DNA of 33,404 bases from positions 1 to 33,404 of the IMG/VR virus record IMGVR_UViG_3300023242_000078; one strand, written 5' to 3'. Source of the DNA: a virus (taxonomy: Duplodnaviria > Caudoviricetes). Shown one piece after another: positions 24,781-33,048 of this stretch (position 1 is its first letter; every line of letters starts with the position of its first letter). Both the position numbers and the translations under genes were made by a program. A model generated the notes under the pieces. It saw only the letters and a program-made list of their open reading frames with translations, did not search any database and had not been told where the DNA came from.

Positions 24781-25119
24781 ATGTCTATACATCAAATTGC
24801 CATTGAGAAAGCCATCAGGATGCTTTCAGCAAGTGGCGCTACCTATCACATCAAGACAGCCGACAAAGAGTGGGGCGCACCCATACAAGCCGTCAAACTC
24901 AAGCGTAATGCGCGATACGGCTACGGCGCGTTGACTAACCACTTTGCACCTTTCCTCAAGGACATAAAAGTGGGTGACGTTGCGCTAATCCCATTTGGGG
25001 AATTCGACAAGGAGTCTATTCGAGGCGCACTGTGCGGCCACCTTAGCCATCATTGGGGCAATGGCTCTTACATGATTCACAGGGCAACCGACAACATTGA
25101 AGTATTGAGGTTAGCATGA
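24781..25119 (+). CDS. Hypothetical protein (possibly DNA-binding)
   Basis: 112 aa, ribosome binding site, ATGA coupling to the ERF gene. Confidence 0.7.
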   Translation: MSIHQIAIEKAIRMLSASGATYHIKTADKEWGAPIQAVKLKRNARYGYGALTNHFAPFLKDIKVGDVALIPFGEFDKESIRGALCGHLSHHWGNGSYMIHRATDNIEVLRLA

Positions 25120-25724
25120 GCGTACACATCAAACTGATGCAAGCCAGAATAGACTTGCAAAGCGCACCTCTTAAAAAAAGTGGCACTAATAAATTTGCTG
25201 GCTACTCGTATTTTGAACTGCAAGACTTTTTGCCAGAGATTCAAAACATTTTCTTTCGCATAGGACTGAGTGGCTACATATCTTTTGGCAAAGAGTTGGC
25301 CACTTTAACTATCACAGATGTGCATGACCAGACTGAAATTGCAATCACCAGCCCGATGGAGCCAGCAAACTTAAAAGGTATGCATCCGGTGCAAAATTTG
25401 GGCGCAGTGATTAGTTATATTCGCCGTTACCTCTGGATGGTAGCCTTGGAAGTTGTGGAGCATGACGTATTGGACGCAGGCAAGCCGCTAGAAGCCAAGA
25501 AAGACCCAATCATCACACCCAACCAAGGCGCACGCGAGTTAGTCACAGATGACGAAATGGCTGAACTGGTAGAACTGGCCGATATGTTGAAAGAAGCGGT
25601 CACAGAAGACCCAGCTAAGGCTAGACAGATTGTCATTAGCGCTAACTTAGAAGAAGCTCAGAAACTCGCACTGTGGACGCTGCTGGACTCTAAGACCCGC
25701 GCATCACTCAAGAAGAAAGACTAG
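25116..25724 (+). CDS. erf: ERF-family single-strand annealing protein
   Basis: KKSG.NKFAGY.YFEL.DF...Q.LGAV.SY.RRY.W..ALE..E.D..D. Confidence 0.85.
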   Translation: MSVHIKLMQARIDLQSAPLKKSGTNKFAGYSYFELQDFLPEIQNIFFRIGLSGYISFGKELATLTITDVHDQTEIAITSPMEPANLKGMHPVQNLGAVISYIRRYLWMVALEVVEHDVLDAGKPLEAKKDPIITPNQGARELVTDDEMAELVELADMLKEAVTEDPAKARQIVISANLEEAQKLALWTLLDSKTRASLKKKD

Positions 25725-25726
25725 CT

Positions 25727-26017
25727 ATGACTGCAAAACAAGAACGCGACCGCGTATTAGCAATGCTAGAGCAAAAGCGAAAAAGGTGGATTAATGAGGC
25801 TAGAGCCGTTGCTAAAAAAATAGGCAAGGCCAACGGCGAGGTAACCATTAACGACTTGCGCAAGGTTGTAAGCCTGCCAGCGGGTTATCACGTAAACACT
25901 TGGGGCGCAGTCCTGCGCGGAAAACAATTTAAGCCAATTGGCTACACCAATGCGACACATCTTGCATCACACGCCCGTACTGTGCGGGTCTACAAAATCA
26001 TTGACATAAAGGAATAA
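25727..26017 (+). CDS. Hypothetical DNA-binding-like protein
   Basis: VTINDLR...NTWGAV...SHAR...VY conserved phage pattern. Confidence 0.65.
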   Translation: MTAKQERDRVLAMLEQKRKRWINEARAVAKKIGKANGEVTINDLRKVVSLPAGYHVNTWGAVLRGKQFKPIGYTNATHLASHARTVRVYKIIDIKE

Positions 26018-26020
26018 ATC

Positions 26021-26290
26021 ATGGCTTTCGAACAACGGGACAATTCAGGTTCTATATTTCGCAATGAAAAGAAAGAAAAAGAAAATCACCCAGACTACAA
26101 GGGTTCATGCATGGTCGGTGGCGTGGAAATGTGGATGAGTTCATGGCTCAAAGTGGGCGCAAACGGCACGAAATTTATGTCGTTCAGCTTCCAGCCTAAA
26201 GAGCAACAAGCCCAACAGCCAGCCGCTAGGCAAGCCGTTAAGCAAGCGCCTGCGCCTGCGCCTGAGTTCGATGACGATATGCCGTTCTAA
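26021..26290 (+). CDS. SSB-like protein
   Basis: NSGSIFRN.KKE...HPDYKG...W.S.W; acidic DDDMPF tail; near ERF. Confidence 0.75.
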   Translation: MAFEQRDNSGSIFRNEKKEKENHPDYKGSCMVGGVEMWMSSWLKVGANGTKFMSFSFQPKEQQAQQPAARQAVKQAPAPAPEFDDDMPF

Positions 26291-26301
26291 AGGAAAATAC
26301 T

Positions 26302-26448
26302 ATGGACAAAAAAGACCCAAAAAAATACTGCTCAGTGCGGATGTCGCTCGACCTGTTTACTCGCATCACTGCGCTGGCAAGCCAACAGCAACGGTCGTTT
26401 ACAGGACAGGTTTTATTCCTACTTGAAAAAGCGCTTGCTGGCAAGTAG
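26302..26448 (+). CDS. Arc-like ribbon-helix-helix DNA-binding protein (48 aa)
   Basis: Not in ORF track; MDKKDPKKYCSVRMSLDLFTRITALASQQQRSFTGQVLFLLEKALAGK fits the Arc pattern (SVRM..DL...I...A....RS...Q....L..AL); AAGGA ribosome binding site. Confidence 0.8.
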   Translation: MDKKDPKKYCSVRMSLDLFTRITALASQQQRSFTGQVLFLLEKALAGK

Positions 26449-26485
26449 GGCAATCATTTAGAAAATAACTTGAAAGGGCTTCAAT

Positions 26486-26526
26486 TTGTGTTGCGATGTG
26501 TGTAGAATAAACACATCGCAACACAA
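26486..26526. promoter_or_regulatory. Promoter with a perfect 16-bp inverted repeat around the -10 box
   Basis: TTGTGTTGCGATGTGT-gTAGAATaa-ACACATCGCAACACAA. Confidence 0.8.
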
Positions 26527-26540
26527 TAGGAGATTCCAAA

Positions 26541-26738
26541 ATGACCAAAGAACCCGTATTCGTTCGCCAGCACAAAGATGACTGCGAAATAATTGAAATT
26601 TACTCGCTGCGTAAGACCAGCCAAGGCACTCAGTTAATCTTGTACGCTAGTGTCCACCTAGACCTTATGTGCAACTTAGGATTTGACTGGGCTACAGATG
26701 AACTTGCTGACTTCCAACTGGCGCTGGTTTCCAAATGA
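26541..26738 (+). CDS. Hypothetical protein
   Basis: AGGAG ribosome binding site, first gene after the promoter. Confidence 0.7.
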   Translation: MTKEPVFVRQHKDDCEIIEIYSLRKTSQGTQLILYASVHLDLMCNLGFDWATDELADFQLALVSK

Positions 26739-26908
26739 AAGGCTACAACACTGGCAAGGTGGTCATTGGATGCCGCTATGAGCCACCTAGACGGTCGCAT
26801 ATGGACGATTTAAACATTTGGTGGCAGATTATGCTACTTGCAAGAAAAAAATCGCTCTGGGCGCGTTTCAAGCGGTTTATGCAACAGGAGAAAAAGAATG
26901 ACAACTGA
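26735..26908 (+). CDS. Hypothetical protein (57 aa)
   Basis: Not in ORF track; MKGYNTGKVVIGCRYEPPRR...WWQIMLL...; ATGA coupling. Confidence 0.7.
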   Translation: MKGYNTGKVVIGCRYEPPRRSHMDDLNIWWQIMLLARKKSLWARFKRFMQQEKKNDN

Positions 26909-27320
26909 ACAACTGGCAAAAGACCTGCTGGCTATTATCGACTCTGAGATGTACGTCAACGATTTTGGTGGGCTTCAGGCTGGCCGTGATGCGACTACAG
27001 ACATGCACGCTGCGATGGGCAGGTTAGAGGCTGCCTTAGCAAAGCCTATTACCCAAGACATTCCTCAGATTCCTCAAACGGATTCCTCAAATAAGCAAGA
27101 GCCAAGTTGCAAGAATTGCCGCATAGACAGGCCATGCAGCGCAAAAGGAAAAGATTTAGATGTATGTAGTGCTTATGTGCCACCGCCAGAACATCGCACA
27201 TGGGTAGGACTGACTAATGAGGAGCATATTCAGGTAGCAATGAACGCTGGCTGTATGAGCGCTGACTGGCTGTCTTATGGAGCCGCTGTTGAGCTGGCTT
27301 TGAAGGAGAAGAACACATGA
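26898..27320 (+). CDS. Hypothetical protein with a WVGLT...LKEKNT C-terminal module
   Basis: ATG at 26898 after AGGAG; CxxC motif; tail shared with the next gene. Confidence 0.7.
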   Translation: MTTEQLAKDLLAIIDSEMYVNDFGGLQAGRDATTDMHAAMGRLEAALAKPITQDIPQIPQTDSSNKQEPSCKNCRIDRPCSAKGKDLDVCSAYVPPPEHRTWVGLTNEEHIQVAMNAGCMSADWLSYGAAVELALKEKNT

Positions 27321-27634
27321 CACGAAAAGAACTAATGGCTGATGACACACAATACTGTTGCTACTGTGGTGGTGAGAAGGCACGGTTCCAATGCTGTGGT
27401 GAGAACCACTTTCAGACCTTTGCTCAGATGCCTGCTGATGAGCAGGACGAGTTCTTGGACAACGATGGGTGCGCCCCGCTTTACACATCAACACAACCAC
27501 ACAAGCCTTGGTTTGGGCTGACACCAGAAGACTACGACTCAATGCGTCCCCGTGTGCCTGACATCGTCAATGACTTTACGTTCGCTGATGTTGCAGCAAT
27601 TGTTGAGGACAAACTAAAGGAGAAAAACACATGA
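27317..27634 (+). CDS. Hypothetical Cys-rich protein with a WFGLT...LKEKNT module
   Basis: YCCYCG...CCGENHF; ATGA coupling. Confidence 0.75.
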   Translation: MTRKELMADDTQYCCYCGGEKARFQCCGENHFQTFAQMPADEQDEFLDNDGCAPLYTSTQPHKPWFGLTPEDYDSMRPRVPDIVNDFTFADVAAIVEDKLKEKNT

Positions 27635-27870
27635 CTAATTTAATCGACTTCCCCATCGGCATCGGTGCAGGCGAGACGCGCCTTGACCTTGACCCAGACG
27701 CGGTATTGACTGGAGCAGTAGGAATGCTAAAAGAGGTGGTGATTGTTGGCTATGAAGCTGACGGCTCATTGTATTTTGCGTCTACTGGAACACATGGGCC
27801 GGATGTGCTGTGGCTGCTCAAGCAAGCAGAGCAGTTTTTGCTTGCTATTGAACGGGAGATGAGGACATGA
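27631..27870 (+). CDS. Conserved small phage protein
   Basis: TRLDL.PD.VL..A...L..VVIVGY..DG..YFAS......VLWLL. Confidence 0.75.
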   Translation: MTNLIDFPIGIGAGETRLDLDPDAVLTGAVGMLKEVVIVGYEADGSLYFASTGTHGPDVLWLLKQAEQFLLAIEREMRT

Positions 27871-28160
27871 GCATAGAAAAAGTTATTGCAATGGCGCAGG
27901 AGGCTGGTGCATTTTGTAAGGGGCGGAGCGGCCTGTTGTTGCGCGAGCAGTATTTCGAACACTTTGCCGAACTCGTCAGGAGCGACTACAGCAACAAGCA
28001 CTCCGAGTTTTGGCTCAAGCAGATTGACAAGGCAGTGAATGGGGAGCGTGAGGCGTGTGCCAAGTTATTGGAAGGTGGCAGTTTCTTGCACGACCAATCT
28101 CCAGCCAAACTACTGGCAGACGAGGCGGTAAAAGCAATCAGGGCAAGGAGTAACACATGA
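27867..28160 (+). CDS. Hypothetical protein with an EREACAK...AIRAR module
   Basis: MAQEAG...FAELV...EREACAK...AIRARS; ATGA coupling. Confidence 0.75.
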   Translation: MSIEKVIAMAQEAGAFCKGRSGLLLREQYFEHFAELVRSDYSNKHSEFWLKQIDKAVNGEREACAKLLEGGSFLHDQSPAKLLADEAVKAIRARSNT

Positions 28161-28348
28161 GCGATAGACAAAAATTCCTAGACGAAATTTCTATTGCACG
28201 CAGCATGACATTCAGCAAGATGGATGGCATTTACAACGACCCGCCCAAGCCAGCGGTTAGACCGGGCGCTGATGACCATGACAGGTATCCTAGCCGTGTC
28301 GGGAACAACCTGCACTTCAAAGACGGTAAGCAGGACAAGGTCAAATGA
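28157..28348 (+). CDS. Hypothetical protein
   Basis: RPGADDH..YPSRVGN motif; ATGA coupling. Confidence 0.7.
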   Translation: MSDRQKFLDEISIARSMTFSKMDGIYNDPPKPAVRPGADDHDRYPSRVGNNLHFKDGKQDKVK

Positions 28349-28548
28349 TTTGCCCAGAATGCCGCAGTTGGTGCGAGGTCAAGGAAACCAGACAGCGAGC
28401 CAACGGGTCTACCTACAGACGGTACGTCTGCGCAAACGGCCACCTCTTTTCAACAAAGGAAGTGATCGTGGTAGGTCGGTCAAAGAATCCCGTTAGAGTA
28501 TTGAGTGCGCCCGTTAACCCGCCGCGCAGTAAGAGTCTGGCACTTTAG
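28345..28548 (+). CDS. Zinc-ribbon protein (possible transcriptional regulator)
   Basis: CPEC...VKETR......RRY.CANGH.FST.E. Confidence 0.75.
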   Translation: MICPECRSWCEVKETRQRANGSTYRRYVCANGHLFSTKEVIVVGRSKNPVRVLSAPVNPPRSKSLAL

Positions 28549-28935
28549 GTCTGCCGCGTCATAAGAACAGTGAACCCAGCCTGAGTCTGGGTCGCCGTTG
28601 TAGAACTCAAGTATCAGTTGGGTATAGGTTAACGAGTCTCGGATGTATATAGATAACTCGCGGTTATCCATGCCAAGCACCTCAAAATCGGCTGCGTAGC
28701 CAAAGCAGTGATGCGAGGTGGTGCTGCCACCGATTGCTTTATTTACCTCCGGCGAACGATAACCGCTTGTAACAATGACTGGGCCGAACTTGTCGCGCAA
28801 GGGTTGCAAGATGTTGTCAGTCAACGCTTGCAGCTTTTCAATGACCAGCGCAGATGGGGTGTTAAATATGCCGTTGCGAGTTGCCGCCTCAGACTTAGTG
28901 AGTTCGCTCAGTGAAAAATTAGCTGATAGCTTCAT
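28480..28935 (-). CDS. Endolysin, peptidase M15 family
   Basis: LSANFSL.ELTKS...LQPLRD..G...VTSGYRS..VN..IGGS..SHH..G.AAD...WVHCS; start at 28935. Confidence 0.9.
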   Translation of the reverse strand: MKLSANFSLSELTKSEAATRNGIFNTPSALVIEKLQALTDNILQPLRDKFGPVIVTSGYRSPEVNKAIGGSTTSHHCFGYAADFEVLGMDNRELSIYIRDSLTYTQLILEFYNGDPDSGWVHCSYDAADLKCQTLTARRVNGRTQYSNGIL

Positions 28936-29129
28936 ATGTATTGGTCTTTCTTTATTTGTATGCACGAAAGTTCAAAACTTGCTACATCTAGGTCGGTGGT
29001 CAGATTCTGTCTAACCGCGTAATTCTTCTGTTCACACTCGCTGGCCGTTGCCGTTAGTTTGCCGTTAGCAAAGCCGCAGTTGCCACTTGTGAGGCATATA
29101 AAAGCAACAGGTAGCCAGAACGACATCAC
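28932..29129 (-). CDS. Small Cys-containing, probably exported protein in the lysis module
   Basis: Hydrophobic N-terminus and four Cys; between holin and endolysin. Confidence 0.6.
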   Translation of the reverse strand: MMSFWLPVAFICLTSGNCGFANGKLTATASECEQKNYAVRQNLTTDLDVASFELSCIQIKKDQYI

Positions 29130-29139
29130 GTACTCCAGA

Positions 29140-29550
29140 TTATTTCTTTGCCTTCATGTCAATAATTTTCTCAAGCGTGCGACCGCCGAAGTAGAACGAC
29201 ATAATTAGCATACCCCACTGGCCGAGAAGCTCAATGTAGGCCGAATTTGCGTCAAGACCGAATGCTGACATCATAGCGAACGTGAAATAGCCCACTAGGA
29301 TGGCTAGGAGGGTCATGGGGCGTATATTCTTGGACAGCCAACTATCACTACCCATGTCCGCTTTTAATCGCTCTGTGAGGTTTCCTTGCTCTGTCTTGTA
29401 CAGGTCAGCTTCATTGGCCATCTTCGCCAGTTCGCCGCTTTGCTCTAACGCTGCAAGTTCTAACTGCGCCTGCGCTTTGGCTGTTGGGTCTGGAATAAGT
29501 TTGTCAATCAGCTTGCTGCCGATATTGAGTAGTCCCGCTAGTGCAATCAT
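29140..29550 (-). CDS. Holin (3TM/GTA-holin type)
   Basis: KLIDKLIPDP..KA.A...SDSWLSKNIRP..L...YFGGRTLEK; start at 29550. Confidence 0.85.
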   Translation of the reverse strand: MIALAGLLNIGSKLIDKLIPDPTAKAQAQLELAALEQSGELAKMANEADLYKTEQGNLTERLKADMGSDSWLSKNIRPMTLLAILVGYFTFAMMSAFGLDANSAYIELLGQWGMLIMSFYFGGRTLEKIIDMKAKK

Positions 29551-29566
29551 TGTTTGTTTCCTTAAA

Positions 29567-30010
29567 TTAGAACGTGCCACGTTTGACAATGAGCCAGACG
29601 AGGCCAAAGACAACGATAGCGCCCGTCAGTACTGCTATACCAATCAGTATGCCGTTTACCCAGCCCCAAACCTTCTGCCTGCGCTTGTAAATAGCTAGGG
29701 CTTTGTCGCGAACCTCTTGCTCACGCTCACGCTTTTTCTGACTTTGGTAGAGTAAAAAATCATCATACAGGCCCGGTCGTCCTGAGTAAATAAGCATCTC
29801 TTTTAACTCAGCCTCAGCTTCACGCAAAGATTCCATCGCCCAGAAAGCATCTGAATCACTGCCCTTGCTTGATGCCTTTTTTGCAATCTCAGCCTTGAGG
29901 CCAAAATACTCCCCCAGCTTTGATGCACATGCCGCTAATTCAGAACCATTTTTTAGCGCTGTTTTTACCGCCGCAAAGCACGCATTGGCAATTGCTAATT
30001 CAGCAAGCAC
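29567..30010 (-). CDS. Membrane-anchored coiled-coil protein in the lysis region
   Basis: 147 aa with a C-terminal transmembrane helix. Confidence 0.65.
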   Translation of the reverse strand: MLAELAIANACFAAVKTALKNGSELAACASKLGEYFGLKAEIAKKASSKGSDSDAFWAMESLREAEAELKEMLIYSGRPGLYDDFLLYQSQKKREREQEVRDKALAIYKRRQKVWGWVNGILIGIAVLTGAIVVFGLVWLIVKRGTF

Positions 30011-30237
30011 TACTTACTCTTGTGTTCTGCGTACATGATGCTGATGGCCGTCACGACACCAGCCACCCACAACAAAGGCTTGGCAGCTTTAGCAATCCAC
30101 TCAAGCACAGTAAATGCGCCTTGAACTGCCTCAAAAGCATGAACCATTGTGCGAGTCTCTGTGTGTACCTCATCAACCTTTCCCTCAACTGAGATTAGGC
30201 GATTTAGTATGTCTTTGTGGCTTACATCTTCAATCAT
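30010..30237 (-). CDS. Small holin/antiholin-like membrane protein
   Basis: Coiled coil (RLISVEGKVD) then a hydrophobic C-terminus; TAATG coupling. Confidence 0.55.
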   Translation of the reverse strand: MIEDVSHKDILNRLISVEGKVDEVHTETRTMVHAFEAVQGAFTVLEWIAKAAKPLLWVAGVVTAISIMYAEHKSK

Positions 30238-30953
30238 TACGCAGTGCGCTTCCACATATACACAGTAATGTATGGTTGCAGGTTAGCGTTAGTGCCACTG
30301 GAGCCTGTGCTGTTAATTGAGATTCCTGTAGTTGCTGTTCCTGTATTACCCGGAGTTGAAGTTGTATCATTTCCACCACCTGTTATTCCACTATTAAAAA
30401 ATGCTATACGCCCTCCAGCATGTAAGTGACCGGGGTCTGTAACACTATGGGTGTGACTAACAACAACAGCATCTTTACTACCGCCTGTCTCACCTAAGGT
30501 GTCAAAAGAAGCGTCACCACTGTTAAGACCCACCAACACACGACCAGCACCAAAAGACTCCCAAGTGCCAAAGCCAAACAATGTTGCTGGATTGGTAGCT
30601 ACGGAAACGTTAGTATAAATAGAGCCTACAGGATAGATAGCGTTAATAACAAAAGCTGTAGTTGCTAATTGCGTAGATGCTGTACCTGCCGACGCTGTTG
30701 GAGCTGTAGGTGTGCCAGTAAACGTAGGTGAGCTAACAGGAGCCACATCAGTTCCAACGACCAAACCAAGGTTTGTACGTGCTGTAGAAGCGTCTGAGGC
30801 TCCTGTACCGCCGTTAGCAACAGCAAGGTCGTTAGACGGAAACAATGCGCTAAGTGCATCTAAATTCCCGTTAATCTTGCCCCCCCACGAGTCAGCACTA
30901 GCCCCAATCTCGGGCTTTATTAAACCTAGGTTTGTGGTGTTTGCATCTGCCAT
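30237..30953 (-). CDS. Tail fibre/needle protein with a T4 gp10-like C-terminal domain
   Basis: TTNLGL.KPE.GAS.DSWG, SPTFTGTPTAPT, YPVGSIY...GRVLVG...NLQPYITVYMWKRTA. Confidence 0.75.
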   Translation of the reverse strand: MADANTTNLGLIKPEIGASADSWGGKINGNLDALSALFPSNDLAVANGGTGASDASTARTNLGLVVGTDVAPVSSPTFTGTPTAPTASAGTASTQLATTAFVINAIYPVGSIYTNVSVATNPATLFGFGTWESFGAGRVLVGLNSGDASFDTLGETGGSKDAVVVSHTHSVTDPGHLHAGGRIAFFNSGITGGGNDTTSTPGNTGTATTGISINSTGSSGTNANLQPYITVYMWKRTA

Positions 30954-30961
30954 TTTTTACC

Positions 30962-31615
30962 TCAGTGGACAACAGTCCAAGTTTCGTTTTCAGTTGCGAT
31001 CTTGACCCAGATTTCTGAGCCGGTTGGAATAGGCAACCACGTCTCACCGTCATTGCCGTAATTTTCCCATTTTTCTCTTGCATTTACAACCATTTTTGAT
31101 TGCCCAGTAACCAATACGGGCACTTGAGTGGTGTACCTTGCAACAATGCTTAAAGCAGACTCTGCTTGTATCAACACCTGCGTGTTTTTGATCGTCAGTA
31201 CGTGTACATTAATCTGAGATTGGCCAACCACATTTGCAGATGTAAACGTGTAGCGTACACCGTTAGCAATCGCGTTAGACTCACCGACTATTGTCGCACC
31301 GCCAAAAGCGTAGCGTATTGCGTAGCAAGTCAACCCGCTTGCGCCCTGAACCGATGCCGACCCAATAGCGTACCGCGAAGCATCAACAGACAGCGCACTT
31401 TGGCCGCCAATCAAACCGACACCAACAGCAATGCGTTCGCCAGAGCCTGTAGCGGCTGATACGCCGTTTATTGCCTCCAGCCCATACCAAGGTAGCAGTC
31501 TAAACGCAGAGGCGCTTAAAACGCTTTCTGAGGTGATTACGCCAGACGCATCAAATAGCGTGCCCCCAGCAGTAGATGCAAAGGGCGTTTGAGCAAATGC
31601 GGATATTCCGAACAT
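30962..31615 (-). CDS. Virion structural protein with ~20-aa degenerate repeats
   Basis: MFGISAFAQTPFAS N-terminus; repeated G.S.L...A.RY units; C-terminal ETW repeats. Confidence 0.65.
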   Translation of the reverse strand: MFGISAFAQTPFASTAGGTLFDASGVITSESVLSASAFRLLPWYGLEAINGVSAATGSGERIAVGVGLIGGQSALSVDASRYAIGSASVQGASGLTCYAIRYAFGGATIVGESNAIANGVRYTFTSANVVGQSQINVHVLTIKNTQVLIQAESALSIVARYTTQVPVLVTGQSKMVVNAREKWENYGNDGETWLPIPTGSEIWVKIATENETWTVVH

Positions 31616-31618
31616 TGG

Positions 31619-31666
31619 TTACTCCGATGTTGTATCAGCCGGGATTGGTTCGTTGCCCTCAGTCAT
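31619..31666 (-). pseudogene. Remnant C-terminus of a tail-fibre chaperone (MTEGNEPIPADTTSE*)
   Basis: Parallels SEGNTPEPAD within the adjacent 93-aa protein. Confidence 0.6.
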
Positions 31667-31944
31667 TTAGGATACTTAGCCTTTACTGCCAGACATTCAT
31701 CAATGTATGCCTGCGCTTGTGCTGTGTCGCCTTTGACTATTGCGTCTAAGTAGTCAGCCGCTGGAGGATATGCTGAGGCACGTAACTCTTGGTAGGTTGG
31801 TGGCGGTGGAATGTCCGCTGGCTCTGGCGTGTTGCCTTCTGAGAGCCAGATTAGGTAATTAGCGTAGTCAGTATTGGCGGGGTCAGTGGGGATACTTGCA
31901 GAATCAACCAACCTATTTATTAAATCTTTACCTAGCTTATACAT
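31663..31944 (-). CDS. Tail fibre chaperone-like protein
   Basis: SIPTDPANTDY..YL.WL.EGNTPEPAD plus Y.ELR..AYP...YLDA...VKAKYPK; directly after a fibre gene. Confidence 0.7.
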   Translation of the reverse strand: MYKLGKDLINRLVDSASIPTDPANTDYANYLIWLSEGNTPEPADIPPPPTYQELRASAYPPAADYLDAIVKGDTAQAQAYIDECLAVKAKYPK

Positions 31945-31956
31945 GAGTTTTCCTTA

Positions 31957-33048
31957 TTAGAGTTCTGCTGTTGCTGTGAAATTAAAGCCATAGCCCACCC
32001 CGGAAGTTAGTGAAGCACTACCTATAATCGAAGCTATTCCGTGAGCAGTTTCCCATATCTGTGATTTGGTAAAACCTACTACCACATTATTGTTAACATT
32101 GACTACAGAATTCACAGTTCCTGAACGATCAGTAATTACCAAGGTGGGCACTGCTCGCATCTGCACAGGAAAATCGACGTTACAAATTAAAGTAGACGTA
32201 CCAGACGCTATACCAACTGATGCTCCCGGGTATGAATTCCATACCTTATGATAATAATACCGCTGACACAACGCCAGCTCCTGCCCATACTGCCTATGCT
32301 CAAAAGGAGTTGCTACGCTTCCGGCCTCTAGCTGTACGCCTGTGATGTAGAAGGTTGCGCCAAGAGTACCGATGACTGAGACTGCGCCTGTGGCTGAAAA
32401 ATAGTTTACACCGGCCCACGCACCAGCAGTGCCGCTTCTGTCAGGGCCAGCACCTAGCCCAAACGACATTCTTAGCCCTATTCCATTCGTTGTTAGCCAT
32501 GTTCCTGATGTCTCGCCCGGAATTGTGACGGTCTTGTATTCCCAAGTATCAGCAACAGATATTGAGTAAGTAAATGGATAGCTTCTATCCTGAGCCGAGT
32601 TCTGTAAAGCACCACCAAAAGTACCAGTTAAAGAACTGCGAACCCAAAAAGACATGGTAACTGTTTTAGCGCTTGCAGTACCCCACGCCAAATCGTAAGT
32701 ATTTACACCTTCAAGTCGATGTTCTAAGAGAAGCGTTTGTGTTGTGGTAAGTGTTGCATCTGCTGTTGTAGTAGTAATTTTTACGGAATTTATAAAACCA
32801 GATGGGGCAGACGAGTCTTGTTGCGCAGAAAAAGCGCCGTCTGTGATGTTAGTCATCCGCATCCTGTCAACAGGAAACGACCCAGCAGTAGTAACCGCAG
32901 CCCCAGCGTTCCTCTGGTCAATACCCATTCCGCCATTTATAATTTTATTTCTACCCGACATGTTAGACACAGTAGGCGTGAAGCCGTTGATGGTAGTAGT
33001 AGCCCCACCGCTGGCATCTAGTATGCTGTTTACGCTTAAATCAGACAT
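31957..33048 (-). CDS. Tail fibre/receptor-binding protein with a carbohydrate-binding-like domain
   Basis: RNKIINGGM.IDQRN...VT.SFWVRSSLTG...ITGVQLEAGSVATPFEHRQYGQELALCQRYY. Confidence 0.75.
   Translation of the reverse strand: MSDLSVNSILDASGGATTTINGFTPTVSNMSGRNKIINGGMGIDQRNAGAAVTTAGSFPVDRMRMTNITDGAFSAQQDSSAPSGFINSVKITTTTADATLTTTQTLLLEHRLEGVNTYDLAWGTASAKTVTMSFWVRSSLTGTFGGALQNSAQDRSYPFTYSISVADTWEYKTVTIPGETSGTWLTTNGIGLRMSFGLGAGPDRSGTAGAWAGVNYFSATGAVSVIGTLGATFYITGVQLEAGSVATPFEHRQYGQELALCQRYYYHKVWNSYPGASVGIASGTSTLICNVDFPVQMRAVPTLVITDRSGTVNSVVNVNNNVVVGFTKSQIWETAHGIASIIGSASLTSGVGYGFNFTATAEL

Noticed and set aside
23831-28161. CRISPR-like array from recurring short repeats
   Set aside because: Repeats are few, irregularly spaced and coincide with promoters or gene junctions; no cas genes.
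28932-29129. Rz1-like outer-membrane lipoprotein spanin
   Set aside because: Neither AFIC nor SGNC fits the lipobox consensus, and the protein is not Pro-rich.
31957-33048. Diversity-generating retroelement target in the fibre gene
   Set aside because: No reverse transcriptase, and I noticed no template/variable repeat pair in the window.
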